Numbered from the stretch's first letter, positions 38,163 to 51,239 are shown. The stretch is 64,000 bases of DNA from Myxococcota bacterium (GCA_965228475.1 OZ245817.1:1856001-1920000), one strand, 5' to 3'. The notes: generated by a model from the sequence alone, not told the origin. Numbers and translations: made by a program.

Positions 38163-38188
38163 TCAAGCCCACCTCCCCTCGACCCGAT
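38163..38188 (+). promoter_or_regulatory. Putative sigma28-type promoter
   Basis: TCAAG-N15-CCCGAT upstream of the FHA gene. Confidence 0.45.
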
Positions 38189-38229
38189 GTAGGAGGGGAG
38201 AGAACCCCTGGAGGACCTTCGGAGACCCG

Positions 38230-38553
38230 ATGGCTGCCGAATCGCGGGCCAACCGACCCAAGCGTGCGTCGCTGCACGTGAAGGGTGGCTTCTACGCCGG
38301 GCTGGAAGTGCCCGTCGATCGGACGCGCATGGTGATCGGGCGGGGCCGCGGCGCGGACCTCGTGATCGCCGAATCGACGATGTCGCGCGAGCACGCGGCG
38401 ATCGCGTTCGAAGAGGACGGCTGCATCATCGAGGATCTCCAGAGCACCAACGGCACCAAGGTCAACGGCGAGCGCTGCGACCGCGGTTCCCTCCAGGACG
38501 GAGACGAGATCCAACTCGGACGGCTCCAGCTGCAGATCCATCTGCAGGACTGA
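38230..38553 (+). CDS. Stand-alone FHA domain protein
   Basis: IGR...SREHA...DLQSTNGT.VNG...DGDEI.LG. Confidence 0.92.
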   Translation: MAAESRANRPKRASLHVKGGFYAGLEVPVDRTRMVIGRGRGADLVIAESTMSREHAAIAFEEDGCIIEDLQSTNGTKVNGERCDRGSLQDGDEIQLGRLQLQIHLQD

Positions 38554-38575
38554 GCCGGCCCGGCGGAGAGCGGAC

Positions 38576-39532
38576 ATGCAGGAATACACCGTCATGATCT
38601 TCCGCGACCATTCGTCGCCCGTGCGGCGCTACAAGGTCGCGAAGGAGCGGATGCAGCGGGGCGCAGCGATCGCTGCCGTCGTCGTCGTGGCCGTGCTCGC
38701 GGTGATGGGCGACTACGTGCGCGTCCGCGGCGACGTCCGGGAGCTCGCCGAGCTGCGCCAGGAGACCGCGGCCCAGCGGGAGCAGATCGCCGCCTTCACG
38801 AGCAAGGTCCAGGCCCTCGATGGCCAGTTCGCCCGCATCACCGAATTCGAGCGCAAGGTCCGCGTGATCGCCGACCTGCCGAGCGCCATGGTCGCCACCG
38901 AGTCCGAGTCGCCCGCCGGCGTCGGCGGGGGCGACGACGCCGAAGGCGGAGCGGTCGTCACCGACGAACTGCCAGCGCGCAAGCCCGTCGAAGCGGCGCA
39001 GACCGCTCGCTCGGGCGATGGCTCGGACTGGTTCGCCTCGCTCGACGGCGACGCGACGCGCCTGCTCTCGGCTGCGGCCGAGCGGGAACAATCCCTGGCC
39101 GACCTGGTCGAGAAGCTCCGCGGCAAGTCGGACCGGCTCGCCTCGACGCCCTCGGTCTGGCCCGCCAAGGGCTGGGTCACCTCGGGCTTCGGCCGGCGGG
39201 TCTCGCCGTTCACCGGGAAGTCCCAGATGCACAACGGCCTCGACATCGCCGCCGAGCACGGGACGGACATCTCGGCGCCCGCGCGCGGCCGCGTGAAGTT
39301 CGCGGGCCGGAAGGGGCCGCTCGGCAAGACCGTCATCATCGACCACGGCCACGGCATCGAGACCCTGTACGGGCACTGCGCCGAGATCCACGTGAAGAAG
39401 GGGCAGCGGGTCGAGCGGGGCCAGTGGATCGCGGAGATCGGAAACACGGGCCGCAGCACGGGGCCCCACCTGCACTACGCGATCCTGAAGAACGGGCGGC
39501 CCGTGAACCCGAGAAAATACATCCTGGAGTAA
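38576..39532 (+). CDS. M23 family metallopeptidase
   Basis: TM + coiled coil; HNGLD, YGH, GRSTGPHLHY. Confidence 0.92.
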   Translation: MQEYTVMIFRDHSSPVRRYKVAKERMQRGAAIAAVVVVAVLAVMGDYVRVRGDVRELAELRQETAAQREQIAAFTSKVQALDGQFARITEFERKVRVIADLPSAMVATESESPAGVGGGDDAEGGAVVTDELPARKPVEAAQTARSGDGSDWFASLDGDATRLLSAAAEREQSLADLVEKLRGKSDRLASTPSVWPAKGWVTSGFGRRVSPFTGKSQMHNGLDIAAEHGTDISAPARGRVKFAGRKGPLGKTVIIDHGHGIETLYGHCAEIHVKKGQRVERGQWIAEIGNTGRSTGPHLHYAILKNGRPVNPRKYILE

Positions 39533-39632
39533 CTCCAGGCCTGGCCAACCCCCCATCGGTGTTTAACCTTGCCGGTTCTCGCTTCCCCCGAGGGGCAGCC
39601 TGAACCGGTTTCTGTAGACTCCGCGGGCGGAC

Positions 39633-42422
<2,790 letters not shown>

Positions 42423-42443
42423 CGCCGATCGCTCCTCTCCCCC

Positions 42444-43664
42444 ATGCCCCGAAAACACGCTGAAGAAGAGATCGAGCCCGCAGCCCTCCCGGAGGGCTTT
42501 CGGGCGGCGGCCGTCGCCTGCGGGATCAAGAAGAAGGGGCTCGACCTCGCGCTGATCGCGAGCGAGGGCCCGGCGCGCATCGCCGGCGTCTTCACGCAGT
42601 CGACGGTCGTGGGCGCGCCCGTCGAGTGGTGCCGCGAGCGCGTGCCGCACAAGGCCGGGCGGGCGGTCATCGTGAACGCGGGCATCTCGAACGTCGGCAT
42701 GGGCGAGCGCGGGCGCCGCGCTGCCAAGGGAATGGCGGTGGCCGCCGCGAAGCAGCTCGGCTGCGACCCCGATGAGGTGCTCGTCGCTTCGACGGGCGTG
42801 ATCGGCGAGCCCCTGCCCATCGAGAAGATCCGCGACGCCGCGCCGCGGCTCGCCGACCGGCTCTCGGCCGACGCGCTGCCCGACGTCGCGCGCGCCATCA
42901 TGACCACCGATACGTTCCCGAAGGTCGCGAGCGCCCGCACGCGCATCGACGGCCGCTGGGTGACCGTTTCCGGCGTCGCCAAGGGTTCGGGGATGATCGA
43001 GCCGAACATGGCGACGATGCTTTCGTTCCTCTGCACCGACGCCGCCGTCTCGACGCGCACGCTGCAGGGCATCCTGCGCGACGTCGCCGACGACACCTAC
43101 AACCGCCTGAGCATCGACGGCGAGGGCTCGACGAGCGATACGGTGCTGCTGCTCGCCAACGGCCGCGCGGAGAACGCGACCCTGCGCGGGAGCCGGACCA
43201 CCGGGGTGCGCCGCTTCACCCGGGCGCTCCACGAGGTGTGCGAAGACCTGGTCCGGCAGCTCGGCCGGGACGGGGAGGGGGCCACCACCCTCGTGACCGT
43301 CCGCGTGACGGGCGCGAAGAACCCGGCCGAGGCCGACCGCGCGGCGCGACGCATCGCGAACTCGCTGCTGGTGAAGACGGCCGTCTTCGGCCGCGACCCG
43401 AACTGGGGCCGGATCCTCCAGACGCTCGGCGCCGGGCAGATCCAGATGAACCTCGCGAAGACGGAGGTGCGCCTCGGCGGCGTGCCCGTCTTCCGCAACG
43501 GCGCCTCGGCGGGCGCCGCCGCCCGCGAACGCGCGCGCAAGAAGCTCGACGCGCCGGAGCTCGAGATCGCCGTCGATCTGGCCGCGGGCCGGAGCGCCGC
43601 GCACATGATCACCTGCGACCTCTCCTACGACTACGTGAAGATCAACGCCGAGTACACGACGTGA
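42444..43664 (+). CDS. argJ: Bifunctional ornithine acetyltransferase/N-acetylglutamate synthase
   Basis: STGVIG, IMTTDT, KGSGMIEPNMATML, DGEGAT, DPNWGRI. Confidence 0.95.
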   Translation: MPRKHAEEEIEPAALPEGFRAAAVACGIKKKGLDLALIASEGPARIAGVFTQSTVVGAPVEWCRERVPHKAGRAVIVNAGISNVGMGERGRRAAKGMAVAAAKQLGCDPDEVLVASTGVIGEPLPIEKIRDAAPRLADRLSADALPDVARAIMTTDTFPKVASARTRIDGRWVTVSGVAKGSGMIEPNMATMLSFLCTDAAVSTRTLQGILRDVADDTYNRLSIDGEGSTSDTVLLLANGRAENATLRGSRTTGVRRFTRALHEVCEDLVRQLGRDGEGATTLVTVRVTGAKNPAEADRAARRIANSLLVKTAVFGRDPNWGRILQTLGAGQIQMNLAKTEVRLGGVPVFRNGASAGAAARERARKKLDAPELEIAVDLAAGRSAAHMITCDLSYDYVKINAEYTT

Positions 43665-44139
43665 GCGGGGCGATCCTTCCCGATCGGGAGCGGCCGGCCT
43701 GAGCGTCTTCGGCACGCGGGAGCCGGGCCTGCGCTATCGGCCGCGCCCGGCGGCGTACGTGATCGTGCTCGACGGGGCCGGGTGCGTGGCCTGCGTCGAA
43801 GAGGAGTCGGGCCTGTTCCTGCCCGGCGGCGGGATCGAAGCCGGGGAGGACGCCTTGGCGGCCGCGCACCGGGAGGTGGCCGAGGAGTGCGCGCGCGAGC
43901 TCCTCGCTCCGGAGCCGATCGCCTCCGCCGTCCAGTTCCATCTGAACCCGCGCGAGGGCGGGATCGAGCTCCAGGCGACCTTCTTCGCCGGGCAGTTCGG
44001 CCGTTCGCTCGACCGCGAGGCCGAACACGCGCTGCGCTGGCTGCCGGTGGATCCGGTGCCGGGGTTCTACCACGATGCCCACGCCTTCGGCCTGCGGCGG
44101 GCTCTCGAGCGGGCCGCGCGGCCGTCCGGCCGGGGCTGA
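43661..44139 (+). pseudogene. NUDIX hydrolase, apparent 1-nt frameshift near 43670 (may be a sequencing error)
   Basis: Nudix box GGGIEAGEDALAAAHREVAEE; the conserved-looking VFG.REPG.RYRPRPAAY lies upstream of the first in-frame GTG (43759); adding one G to GGGG (43667-70) joins it to the GTG overlapping the argJ stop. Confidence 0.6.
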
Positions 44140-44197
44140 ACCCCGGGCCCGGCGGGGTGGGGCGACGCGCGCGCGGTTCTGCTATCTACCCGCGAAA

Positions 44198-44321
44198 CCA
44201 CACGTTCCGGACCGCCCCTGCGGTGGCTCGGGTCGCGCGGCGCCGAGACTCCGGTCGGGCGCCGTTCGTACACCGGGCTGGGGGAGAACACGGCCGGAGC
44301 GGCGGCGAAACCGCAGAGGAG
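44198..44321 (+). ncRNA. rpsB leader (t44/S2-leader-like cis-regulatory RNA)
   Basis: CCACAC start after a TGnTATCTA extended -10; CGTTCCGG(44203-10)/CCGGAGCG(44294-301) stem crossed by CTGCGGT(44218-24)/ACCGCAG(44310-16) next to the SD. Confidence 0.6.
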
Positions 44322-44326
44322 AGTTC

Positions 44327-45349
44327 ATGTCCGAAGCAACCCCGGACGCCACGGCGTCGGACGGGGCGGCCCCCGAAGGCCCCAAGCCCAACGAACCCTT
44401 GACCGTTCGCGCCCTGCTCGAAGCCGGCGCGCACTTCGGCCACCAGACCGGCCGCTGGAACCCGCGGATGAAGCCCTTCATCTTCGGCGACCGCAACGGC
44501 ATCCACATCATCGACCTCGACCAGACGCTCGGGCGCTTCCAGTCCGCCCTCGACTACCTGCGCAGCGTGACCGCGGCCGGCGGCAAGGTGCTGTTCGTCG
44601 GAACGAAGCGTCAGGCCGAGGCGCCGATCGAGCTCGAGGCCAAGCGCGCCAACCAGTTCTACGTGAACAAGCGCTGGCTCGGCGGCATGCTCACGAACTT
44701 CCGCACCGTCAAGAAGTCGATCGACCGCTTCAAGCAGATGATCGCCCTCGTCGAGGACGAGGAGAAGGTTGCGGACCTGAGCAAGCGCGAGCTCTCGCGC
44801 ATCAACCGGCAGATCGAGAAGTACCGCAAGTCACTCGACGGCATTCGCGAGATGGGCCGCCTGCCCGACGCGCTGTTCGTGATCGACGTGAACCGCGAGC
44901 ACATCGCCGTCTCCGAGGCCCAGCGCCTGGGGATTCCGATCGTCGCGATCGTCGACTCGAACTGCAGCCCCGAGGGCGTCGACCTCGTGATTCCCGCCAA
45001 CGACGACGCGATCCGCGCGATCCAGCTCTACTGCGCCCAGGTGGGCGACGCCTGCGCCGAGGGCAACGCGATCCACCAGGACCGCATCATCAGCGAGGCG
45101 GAGTCCCGCCCGGCCGAGGCCAAGGGGCCGAAGCGCGGGCCCGCCTCGGGCCGCAAGGTCGTCGAGATCACGCAGCAGCCGCGCCGCGGCCACCAGGCCG
45201 AGGGCGAGACCCGCGGCAACCGGGGCACCCGGGGACGCGGAGCGAAGAAGGAAGAAGGAGCCGCGCCCGCCGAGGCCGCGGCCCCCACGAGCGAAGCCGC
45301 CGCGCCCGCTGCCGAGAGCACCGAAGCGACGCCGCCGAGCGAAAGCTAG
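44327..45349 (+). CDS. rpsB: 30S ribosomal protein S2
   Basis: LLEAGAHFGH...WNPRM, RWLGGMLTNF, PANDDAIRAI. Confidence 0.97.
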   Translation: MSEATPDATASDGAAPEGPKPNEPLTVRALLEAGAHFGHQTGRWNPRMKPFIFGDRNGIHIIDLDQTLGRFQSALDYLRSVTAAGGKVLFVGTKRQAEAPIELEAKRANQFYVNKRWLGGMLTNFRTVKKSIDRFKQMIALVEDEEKVADLSKRELSRINRQIEKYRKSLDGIREMGRLPDALFVIDVNREHIAVSEAQRLGIPIVAIVDSNCSPEGVDLVIPANDDAIRAIQLYCAQVGDACAEGNAIHQDRIISEAESRPAEAKGPKRGPASGRKVVEITQQPRRGHQAEGETRGNRGTRGRGAKKEEGAAPAEAAAPTSEAAAPAAESTEATPPSES

Positions 45350-45368
45350 AACAGAGAGGACGGATTCC

Positions 45369-46250
45369 ATGGCCATCTCCGCCAAGGACGTAAAGGCGCT
45401 GCGCGAGCGGACCGGCGCCGGCATGATGGATTGCAAGAAGGTGCTCACCGAAGCCGACGGTGACATCGACAAGGCGATCGAACTGTTGCGAGAGCGCGGC
45501 CTCGCCAAGGCCGCCAAGCGCGAAGGGCGCGCGACGACCGAGGGCACCGTGGCGATCGTCACCGACGGCGCCGCGGGCGCCATCGTCGAGCTCGGCTGCG
45601 AGACCGACTTCGTCGCCAAGACGGACGATTTCCAGGCCCTCGCGGCGGAAATCGCCCAGGCCGTCGTGAAGGACGCCTCGATCACCGACGCGGCGGCGGC
45701 GCTCGAAGCCTCCGTCGGCGGGCAGAAGCTCTCGGACCGCCTCGGCGAGGCCGTGGGCAAGCTCGGGGAGAACGTGCAGCTCAAGCGCGCGGGCCGGCTC
45801 GAGGCCGGAAACGGGATCGCCGGCGGCTACGTCCACGCGGGCGGCCGCCTCGGCGTCCTCGTCGGGCTCGCCACGGACGGCTCGGGAGACGCGGTCGTGG
45901 GCCTCGCGAAGGACCTCGCCATGCACGTCGCCGCCGCCGACCCGGCGCCCGTGGCCGTGGATCGCGACGGCGTGTCCTCGGAGCTGATCGAGCAGGAGCG
46001 CACGATCTACCGGCGCCAGGCCGAGCAGGAAGGCAAGCCCGAGAAGATCCTCGACCGGATCGTCGACGGGAAGATCGGCAAGTTCTACTCGGACGTCTGC
46101 CTGCTCGAGCAGGCCTTCGTGAAGGACCCCGACAAGACCATCGCGGAGCTCCTGAAGGACGCGGCCGGCAAGATCGGCAGCGACGTCACGGTGACGGGCT
46201 TCGTCCGCTACCGGCTCGGCGAGGGGGCCGCGGAAGAGGAGACCGAGTGA
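45369..46250 (+). CDS. tsf: Elongation factor Ts
   Basis: [21 protein letters not shown]. Confidence 0.97.
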   Translation: MAISAKDVKALRERTGAGMMDCKKVLTEADGDIDKAIELLRERGLAKAAKREGRATTEGTVAIVTDGAAGAIVELGCETDFVAKTDDFQALAAEIAQAVVKDASITDAAAALEASVGGQKLSDRLGEAVGKLGENVQLKRAGRLEAGNGIAGGYVHAGGRLGVLVGLATDGSGDAVVGLAKDLAMHVAAADPAPVAVDRDGVSSELIEQERTIYRRQAEQEGKPEKILDRIVDGKIGKFYSDVCLLEQAFVKDPDKTIAELLKDAAGKIGSDVTVTGFVRYRLGEGAAEEETE

Positions 46251-46963
46251 AAGCCGCCTATCCGCGCGTGTTGCTGAAGCTCTCCGGCGAGGTGCTCGCC
46301 GGCGACGACGGCTTCGGGATCAACCCCGCGGAGATCGCGCGCATCGCCGGCGAGGTGCGGGACGCACACGCCCTCGGTGCGCAGATCGGCATCGTGATCG
46401 GTGGCGGGAACATCATCCGGGGCGCCACCGCGGCGGCCCAGGGGATGGACCGCGCCAACGCCGACTACATGGGGATGCTCGGCGGCGTGATCAACGGACT
46501 GGCGCTGCAGGGAGCGCTCGAGGAGGCCGGCCTCCAGACGCGGGTCCTCACCGCCATCGAGATCAAGCAGATCGCCGAGCCCTACATCCGCCGGCGCGCG
46601 GTGCGGCACCTCGAGAAGGGCCGCGTCGTGATCTTCGCGGCCGGCACCGGCAACCCCTACTTCACGACCGATACGGCGGCGGCGCTCCGGGCGGCCGAGA
46701 TCCACGCCGATACGATCCTGAAGGGAACGAAGGTCGACGGCGTCTACGACTCGGATCCGAAGAAGAACCCGGACGCCGTGCGCTTCGAGCAGCTCTCCTA
46801 CGACCAGGCCATCCGCGACAACCTGGCGTTCATGGACCAGACGGCCATCGCGCTGTGCCGGGAGAACTCGCTCCCGATCCTGGTGTTCGACATGACGGCG
46901 CCGGGAAACATCGCGAAGGTCGTCGCGGGCGAGAAGCTCGGGACGAGGGTCGGCGGGCCCTAG
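46247..46963 (+). CDS. pyrH: UMP kinase
   Basis: [27 protein letters not shown]. Confidence 0.97.
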   Translation: MKAAYPRVLLKLSGEVLAGDDGFGINPAEIARIAGEVRDAHALGAQIGIVIGGGNIIRGATAAAQGMDRANADYMGMLGGVINGLALQGALEEAGLQTRVLTAIEIKQIAEPYIRRRAVRHLEKGRVVIFAAGTGNPYFTTDTAAALRAAEIHADTILKGTKVDGVYDSDPKKNPDAVRFEQLSYDQAIRDNLAFMDQTAIALCRENSLPILVFDMTAPGNIAKVVAGEKLGTRVGGP

Positions 46964-46993
46964 GCGCGCGGCCAGGAAAAGGAGAGAGCAGCC

Positions 46994-47563
46994 GTGTCGG
47001 AGGAAGACGTTTCCCTCGTCCTGGAAGAGACGAGCCAGCAGATGGACAAGGCCGTGGAGCACCTGCGCCACGACCTCCAGAAGATCCGCACGGGGCGGGC
47101 CAGCACGGCCCTGCTCGACGGCATCTCCGCCGACTACTACGGCACGATGACCCCCCTGAACCAGCTCGCCACGCTCTCGGCCCCGGACCCGCGGCTGATC
47201 GTGATCTCGCCCTTCGACAAGGGCGCGATGCAGGCGATCGAGAAGGCCATCCAGACCTCGGACCTCGGTCTCACGCCCGCCAACGACGGCAAGGTGATCC
47301 GGATCCCCATCCCGCCGCTCACCGAAGAGCGCCGCAAGGAGCTGGTCAAGCACGTCCACAAGGTGGCCGAACAGCACAAGGTGGGAGTGCGCGAAGCGCG
47401 CCGGGACGGCCTGGCGCTGCTCAAGGATTCCCAGAAGGAAGGTTCCCTTTCCGAGGACGACAAGCGCCGCGCCGAGAAGAAGGTGCAGGACGTGACGGAC
47501 GCCGCCACCGCGACGATCGACAAGATGGCGCAGCAGAAGGAAGAGGAAGTCCTCGAGGTCTAG
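46994..47563 (+). CDS. frr: Ribosome recycling factor
   Basis: IRTGRA, PPLTEERRKELVK. Confidence 0.97.
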   Translation: MSEEDVSLVLEETSQQMDKAVEHLRHDLQKIRTGRASTALLDGISADYYGTMTPLNQLATLSAPDPRLIVISPFDKGAMQAIEKAIQTSDLGLTPANDGKVIRIPIPPLTEERRKELVKHVHKVAEQHKVGVREARRDGLALLKDSQKEGSLSEDDKRRAEKKVQDVTDAATATIDKMAQQKEEEVLEV

Positions 47564-47570
47564 CCCGACC

Positions 47571-48329
47571 ATGAGCGAACGCCGGCTCCACAAAGAACAC
47601 ATCCCGCGCCACGTCGCCATCATCATGGACGGCAACGGGCGCTGGGCCGAGGCGCGCGGCCTCGAGCGCAACGCGGGCCACCGCGAAGGCGTCGAGGCGG
47701 TGAAGGCCACGGTGCGTGCGGCCAACGAGCTCGGCATTCCCCGGCTGACCCTCTACTCCTTCTCGAGCGAGAACTGGAACCGGCCGAAGACCGAGGTCCA
47801 GGAGCTGATGCGCCTGCTCGACCAGTACCTCGAGAGCGAAGTCGACGAGGTCATGCGCAACGGCATCCGCATCCAGGCCGTCGGGCGCCTCGACCGCCTG
47901 CCGCCGGTCGTGCGCAAGCGCCTCGAGGAAGTGATCGAGCGTTCGAAGGACAACCGGGAGATGACGCTCGTCTTCGCGCTCTCCTACGGTGGCCGACAGG
48001 AGATCGTGGACGCCGTGCGCGGCATCCTGAAAGACGCGGAGCAGGGGAAGCTCGACGCCGAGGCCATCGACGAGAAGTCCTTCGCGGCCTACCTCTACGC
48101 TCCCGACGCGCCGGATCCGGACCTGCTGATCCGCACGGGCTCCGAGCTGCGCATCTCGAACTTCCTGCTCTGGCAGATCGCCTACACGGAGATCCACGCT
48201 GCGCCGGTGATGTGGCCGGACTTCCGCAAGGAACACCTGGTCGAGGCGCTGCTCGACTACCAGGACCGCGAGCGCCGCTACGGGCTCACGAGCCAGCAGG
48301 TCCGAGGCCCCCGGCCGGAGGAGCAATGA
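47571..48329 (+). CDS. uppS: Undecaprenyl diphosphate synthase
   Basis: HVAIIMDGNGRWA, FSSENWNRP, LLIRTGSELRISNFLLWQ. Confidence 0.96.
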   Translation: MSERRLHKEHIPRHVAIIMDGNGRWAEARGLERNAGHREGVEAVKATVRAANELGIPRLTLYSFSSENWNRPKTEVQELMRLLDQYLESEVDEVMRNGIRIQAVGRLDRLPPVVRKRLEEVIERSKDNREMTLVFALSYGGRQEIVDAVRGILKDAEQGKLDAEAIDEKSFAAYLYAPDAPDPDLLIRTGSELRISNFLLWQIAYTEIHAAPVMWPDFRKEHLVEALLDYQDRERRYGLTSQQVRGPRPEEQ

Positions 48330-49525
48330 GCTCCGGCCCGCGCCGGCTGGTGGTGCTCGGGAGCACCGGCAGCGTCGGCGAGCAGACCCTTGACGTCGTT
48401 TCGGGCTTCCCGGATCGCTTCCAGGTGACCGCGCTGGCCGCCGGCCGCAACGTCGCGAAGCTCGCCGAGCAGGTGAAGCAATTCCGCCCGTCCCTGGTTT
48501 CGCTGGCCTCCGAGGCCGACGCCGGCGCCCTGCGCGAAGGGCTCGGGGCCGAGTTCCGCGATCTCGACGTCCGCTGCGGAGAGGACGGCCTGCTGGCCGT
48601 CGCGACCTCGCCGGGCGATCTCGTCATGGCGGCGCTGGTCGGGGCCGTCGGGCTGCAGCCGACGCTGGCGGCGATCCGCGCGGGCCGCGACATCGCCCTC
48701 GCGAACAAGGAAGTGCTCGTCATGGCCGGCGCCCTCGTGCGCCGCGAGGTGGCCGCGCGCGGCACCACGCTCCTGCCCGTCGACAGCGAGCACAACGCGA
48801 TCTTCCAGGCCCTGGCCGGCCAGCGGCGCCGCGACGTCGCGCGCCTGCTGCTGACGGCCTCGGGCGGCCCGTTCCGCACCTGGAGCGCCGAGCGCATCGC
48901 GAACGCCCGCGTGGCCGAGGCCCTCGACCACCCGAACTGGGACATGGGCCCGAAGATCACGATCGATTCCGCGAGCCTGATGAACAAGGGCCTCGAGGTG
49001 ATCGAAGCGCGCTGGCTGTTCGACGTGCCGCCCGAGCGGGTGGACGTCGTCGTGCACCCGCAGTCGATCGTCCACTCCCTGGTCGAGTTCGTGGACGGCT
49101 CGGTGCTCGCGCAGCTCGGCCTGCCGGACATGCGCGTGCCGATCGCCGTGTGTCTGGCCCACCCGGAGCGGCTGCCGCTCGACCTGCCGCGCCTCGATCT
49201 GGCCGAGCACGCCCGGCTCGACTTCGAGGCCCCGGACCGGCAGCGCTTCCCGAACCTCGACCTCGCGTATCGTGCGCTCGCGGGCTCGGAAGCGGCCCCG
49301 GCCGTGCTGAACGCCGCCAACGAGGTCGCCGTGGCCGCCTTCCTCGACGAAAAGATCTCCTTTGGCACTTTGTCGGAGGTGAACCGGACGGTGCTCGAGG
49401 CGCATCTGAACGAAAAGGCCGGTGAGAAGGTCGAAAGCCTGGACGCCGTGGTCGCGGCGGACGAATGGGCCCGGGCCTGTGCCCTGGCCTGTGTCGAGAA
49501 CGCCGGGGAACCCGGGAGAGACTGA
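48326..49525 (+). CDS. dxr: 1-deoxy-D-xylulose-5-phosphate reductoisomerase
   Basis: LGSTGSVG, LANKE, PVDSEH, HPNWDMGPKITIDSA. Confidence 0.96.
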   Translation: MSSGPRRLVVLGSTGSVGEQTLDVVSGFPDRFQVTALAAGRNVAKLAEQVKQFRPSLVSLASEADAGALREGLGAEFRDLDVRCGEDGLLAVATSPGDLVMAALVGAVGLQPTLAAIRAGRDIALANKEVLVMAGALVRREVAARGTTLLPVDSEHNAIFQALAGQRRRDVARLLLTASGGPFRTWSAERIANARVAEALDHPNWDMGPKITIDSASLMNKGLEVIEARWLFDVPPERVDVVVHPQSIVHSLVEFVDGSVLAQLGLPDMRVPIAVCLAHPERLPLDLPRLDLAEHARLDFEAPDRQRFPNLDLAYRALAGSEAAPAVLNAANEVAVAAFLDEKISFGTLSEVNRTVLEAHLNEKAGEKVESLDAVVAADEWARACALACVENAGEPGRD

Positions 49526-51225
49526 TGCTGAGCGGACTCTACGACGCCTCCTCCTTCATGTTCGCCTTCGTCGCGATGCTCGGCGTGCTGATCTTCGTCC
49601 ACGAGCTCGGGCACTTCCTCGTCGCCAAGGCCTGCGGCGTGCGCGTGCTGAAGTTCTCGCTCGGCTTCGGCCCGCCGATCGGCTTCGGCCGCTACCGCAT
49701 GCGCTGGGAGCGCGGCGGGACCGAGTACGTCGCCGCGTGGTTCCCGCTCGGCGGCTTCGTGAAGATGCTCGGCGAGAACCCGGACGAAGAGGACGAGCCC
49801 GAGGTCGTCGCGAGCCCCGAAGAGGCGCTCAACAACAAGAACCTCTTCCAGAAGCTCGCCATCGTGATGGCCGGGCCGGCCATGAACCTGCTGCTACCCG
49901 TCCTGATCTTCTGGGTGCAGCTCGCCGTGGGGCTCCCGCGTGGGGCACCGGTCGTCGGCACCGTCGAGCCCGGCTCGCCGGGGGCCGAAGCGGGGCTCCT
50001 GCCGGGCGACGAGATCCGCGCCATCGACGGCGAGCCCGTGGCCTGGTGGATCGAGGCCGAGTCGAAGCTCAACCAGGCGCCGAACGAGACCCTGGCGCTG
50101 ACCGTCGCCCGGGACGGCGCGGAGCGCGAGATCCGCCTGCCCGTCGCCGCCCGCGCGGGCATCGACGACTACGGCGCCGTGGCCGAGCTCGGCTGGAGCG
50201 GCCTCCTGCACTCGCGCCAGCAGGCCCTGCTCGGCGTGCGCGACGCGGCTTCGCCGGCGAGCCAGGCGGGCCTGCGCTCCGGGGATCGCGTCGAGGCCGT
50301 CGCCGGCGAAGAGATCGAAGACTGGTCCGCTTTCTCGGCCGCCTACGCCGCGGCGAGCGGGCCCGTGAGCCTGACCGTCTCCCGCGCGCCCGTCGGCGCC
50401 GCGGAGGACGCCGAGCGCGAGAGCGTCGAGGTCACCGTGCCCGCCGTCGGCAGCGTGGATGCGCTCGGCGTGCTTCCGGCCGCGGTGCTGATCGCCCAGG
50501 TGACGCCCGATTCCGCCGCCGACGAGGCCGGCCTCGAGCCGGGCGACCTGATCGTCTCGGTCGACGGCGCGCCGCTCGGAAGCTTCGGCGCCCTGGTCGA
50601 CGCCGTCCGCACGAGCGAGGGCCGGGCGCTCGAGATCGCCTACGCCCGCGACGGCGAGACCCGCGCCGTGCCGATCGCCCCCCGCAAGCAGGAAGCCAAG
50701 AACGCCCTCGGCGTGCCCGAGGTGCGCTGGCTGATCGGCATCCAGTCCGAGGTCGCGGCCCTCGTCGGCGCGGTGAAGCCGGACCGCGAGCGCAACCCGA
50801 TGGTCGCGATCCCGCGCGCCTTCGAGATGACCGCCGAGTCGACGGGCCGCGTGCTCACGGGCTTCAAGAAGCTCATCACCGGCGAGGTCGAGCGCAACAA
50901 CATCTCGGGCCCGATCGGCATCGCCGTGATCGCCCACAAGGCCCTCGAAGCCGGCTGGGAGATCTATCTCGGCATGCTGATCATGATCAGCATCAACCTC
51001 GGCATCCTGAACCTGCTGCCGATCCCCGTGCTCGACGGCGGCCAGGCCGTGCTCTTCCTGGTGGAAGGCATCAAGCGCAGCCCGCTCTCGATCCGCACCA
51101 AGGAAGCCTTCCAGACCGCCGGCGTGATGGCGCTGCTCTTCCTGATGGGCTTCGCCTTCTGGAACGACATCAGTCGTTTCTGGGGCACCTTCGTCGGGTA
51201 CCTGAAGGAGAGTACGGGCCTCTAG
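49525..51225 (+). CDS. rseP: RIP metalloprotease RseP (about three PDZ domains)
   Basis: HELGH, AGPAMN, three SPA..AGL..GD-type repeats, NLLPIPVLDGG. Confidence 0.94.
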   Translation: MLSGLYDASSFMFAFVAMLGVLIFVHELGHFLVAKACGVRVLKFSLGFGPPIGFGRYRMRWERGGTEYVAAWFPLGGFVKMLGENPDEEDEPEVVASPEEALNNKNLFQKLAIVMAGPAMNLLLPVLIFWVQLAVGLPRGAPVVGTVEPGSPGAEAGLLPGDEIRAIDGEPVAWWIEAESKLNQAPNETLALTVARDGAEREIRLPVAARAGIDDYGAVAELGWSGLLHSRQQALLGVRDAASPASQAGLRSGDRVEAVAGEEIEDWSAFSAAYAAASGPVSLTVSRAPVGAAEDAERESVEVTVPAVGSVDALGVLPAAVLIAQVTPDSAADEAGLEPGDLIVSVDGAPLGSFGALVDAVRTSEGRALEIAYARDGETRAVPIAPRKQEAKNALGVPEVRWLIGIQSEVAALVGAVKPDRERNPMVAIPRAFEMTAESTGRVLTGFKKLITGEVERNNISGPIGIAVIAHKALEAGWEIYLGMLIMISINLGILNLLPIPVLDGGQAVLFLVEGIKRSPLSIRTKEAFQTAGVMALLFLMGFAFWNDISRFWGTFVGYLKESTGL

Positions 51226-51239
51226 GCGCCCGCTCGGGT

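Noticed and set aside
38085..38170. c-di-GMP-I riboswitch-like GCCTCCGGC segment
   Set aside because: Lacks the GGCAAAC...GAAA...GACGCAAA core
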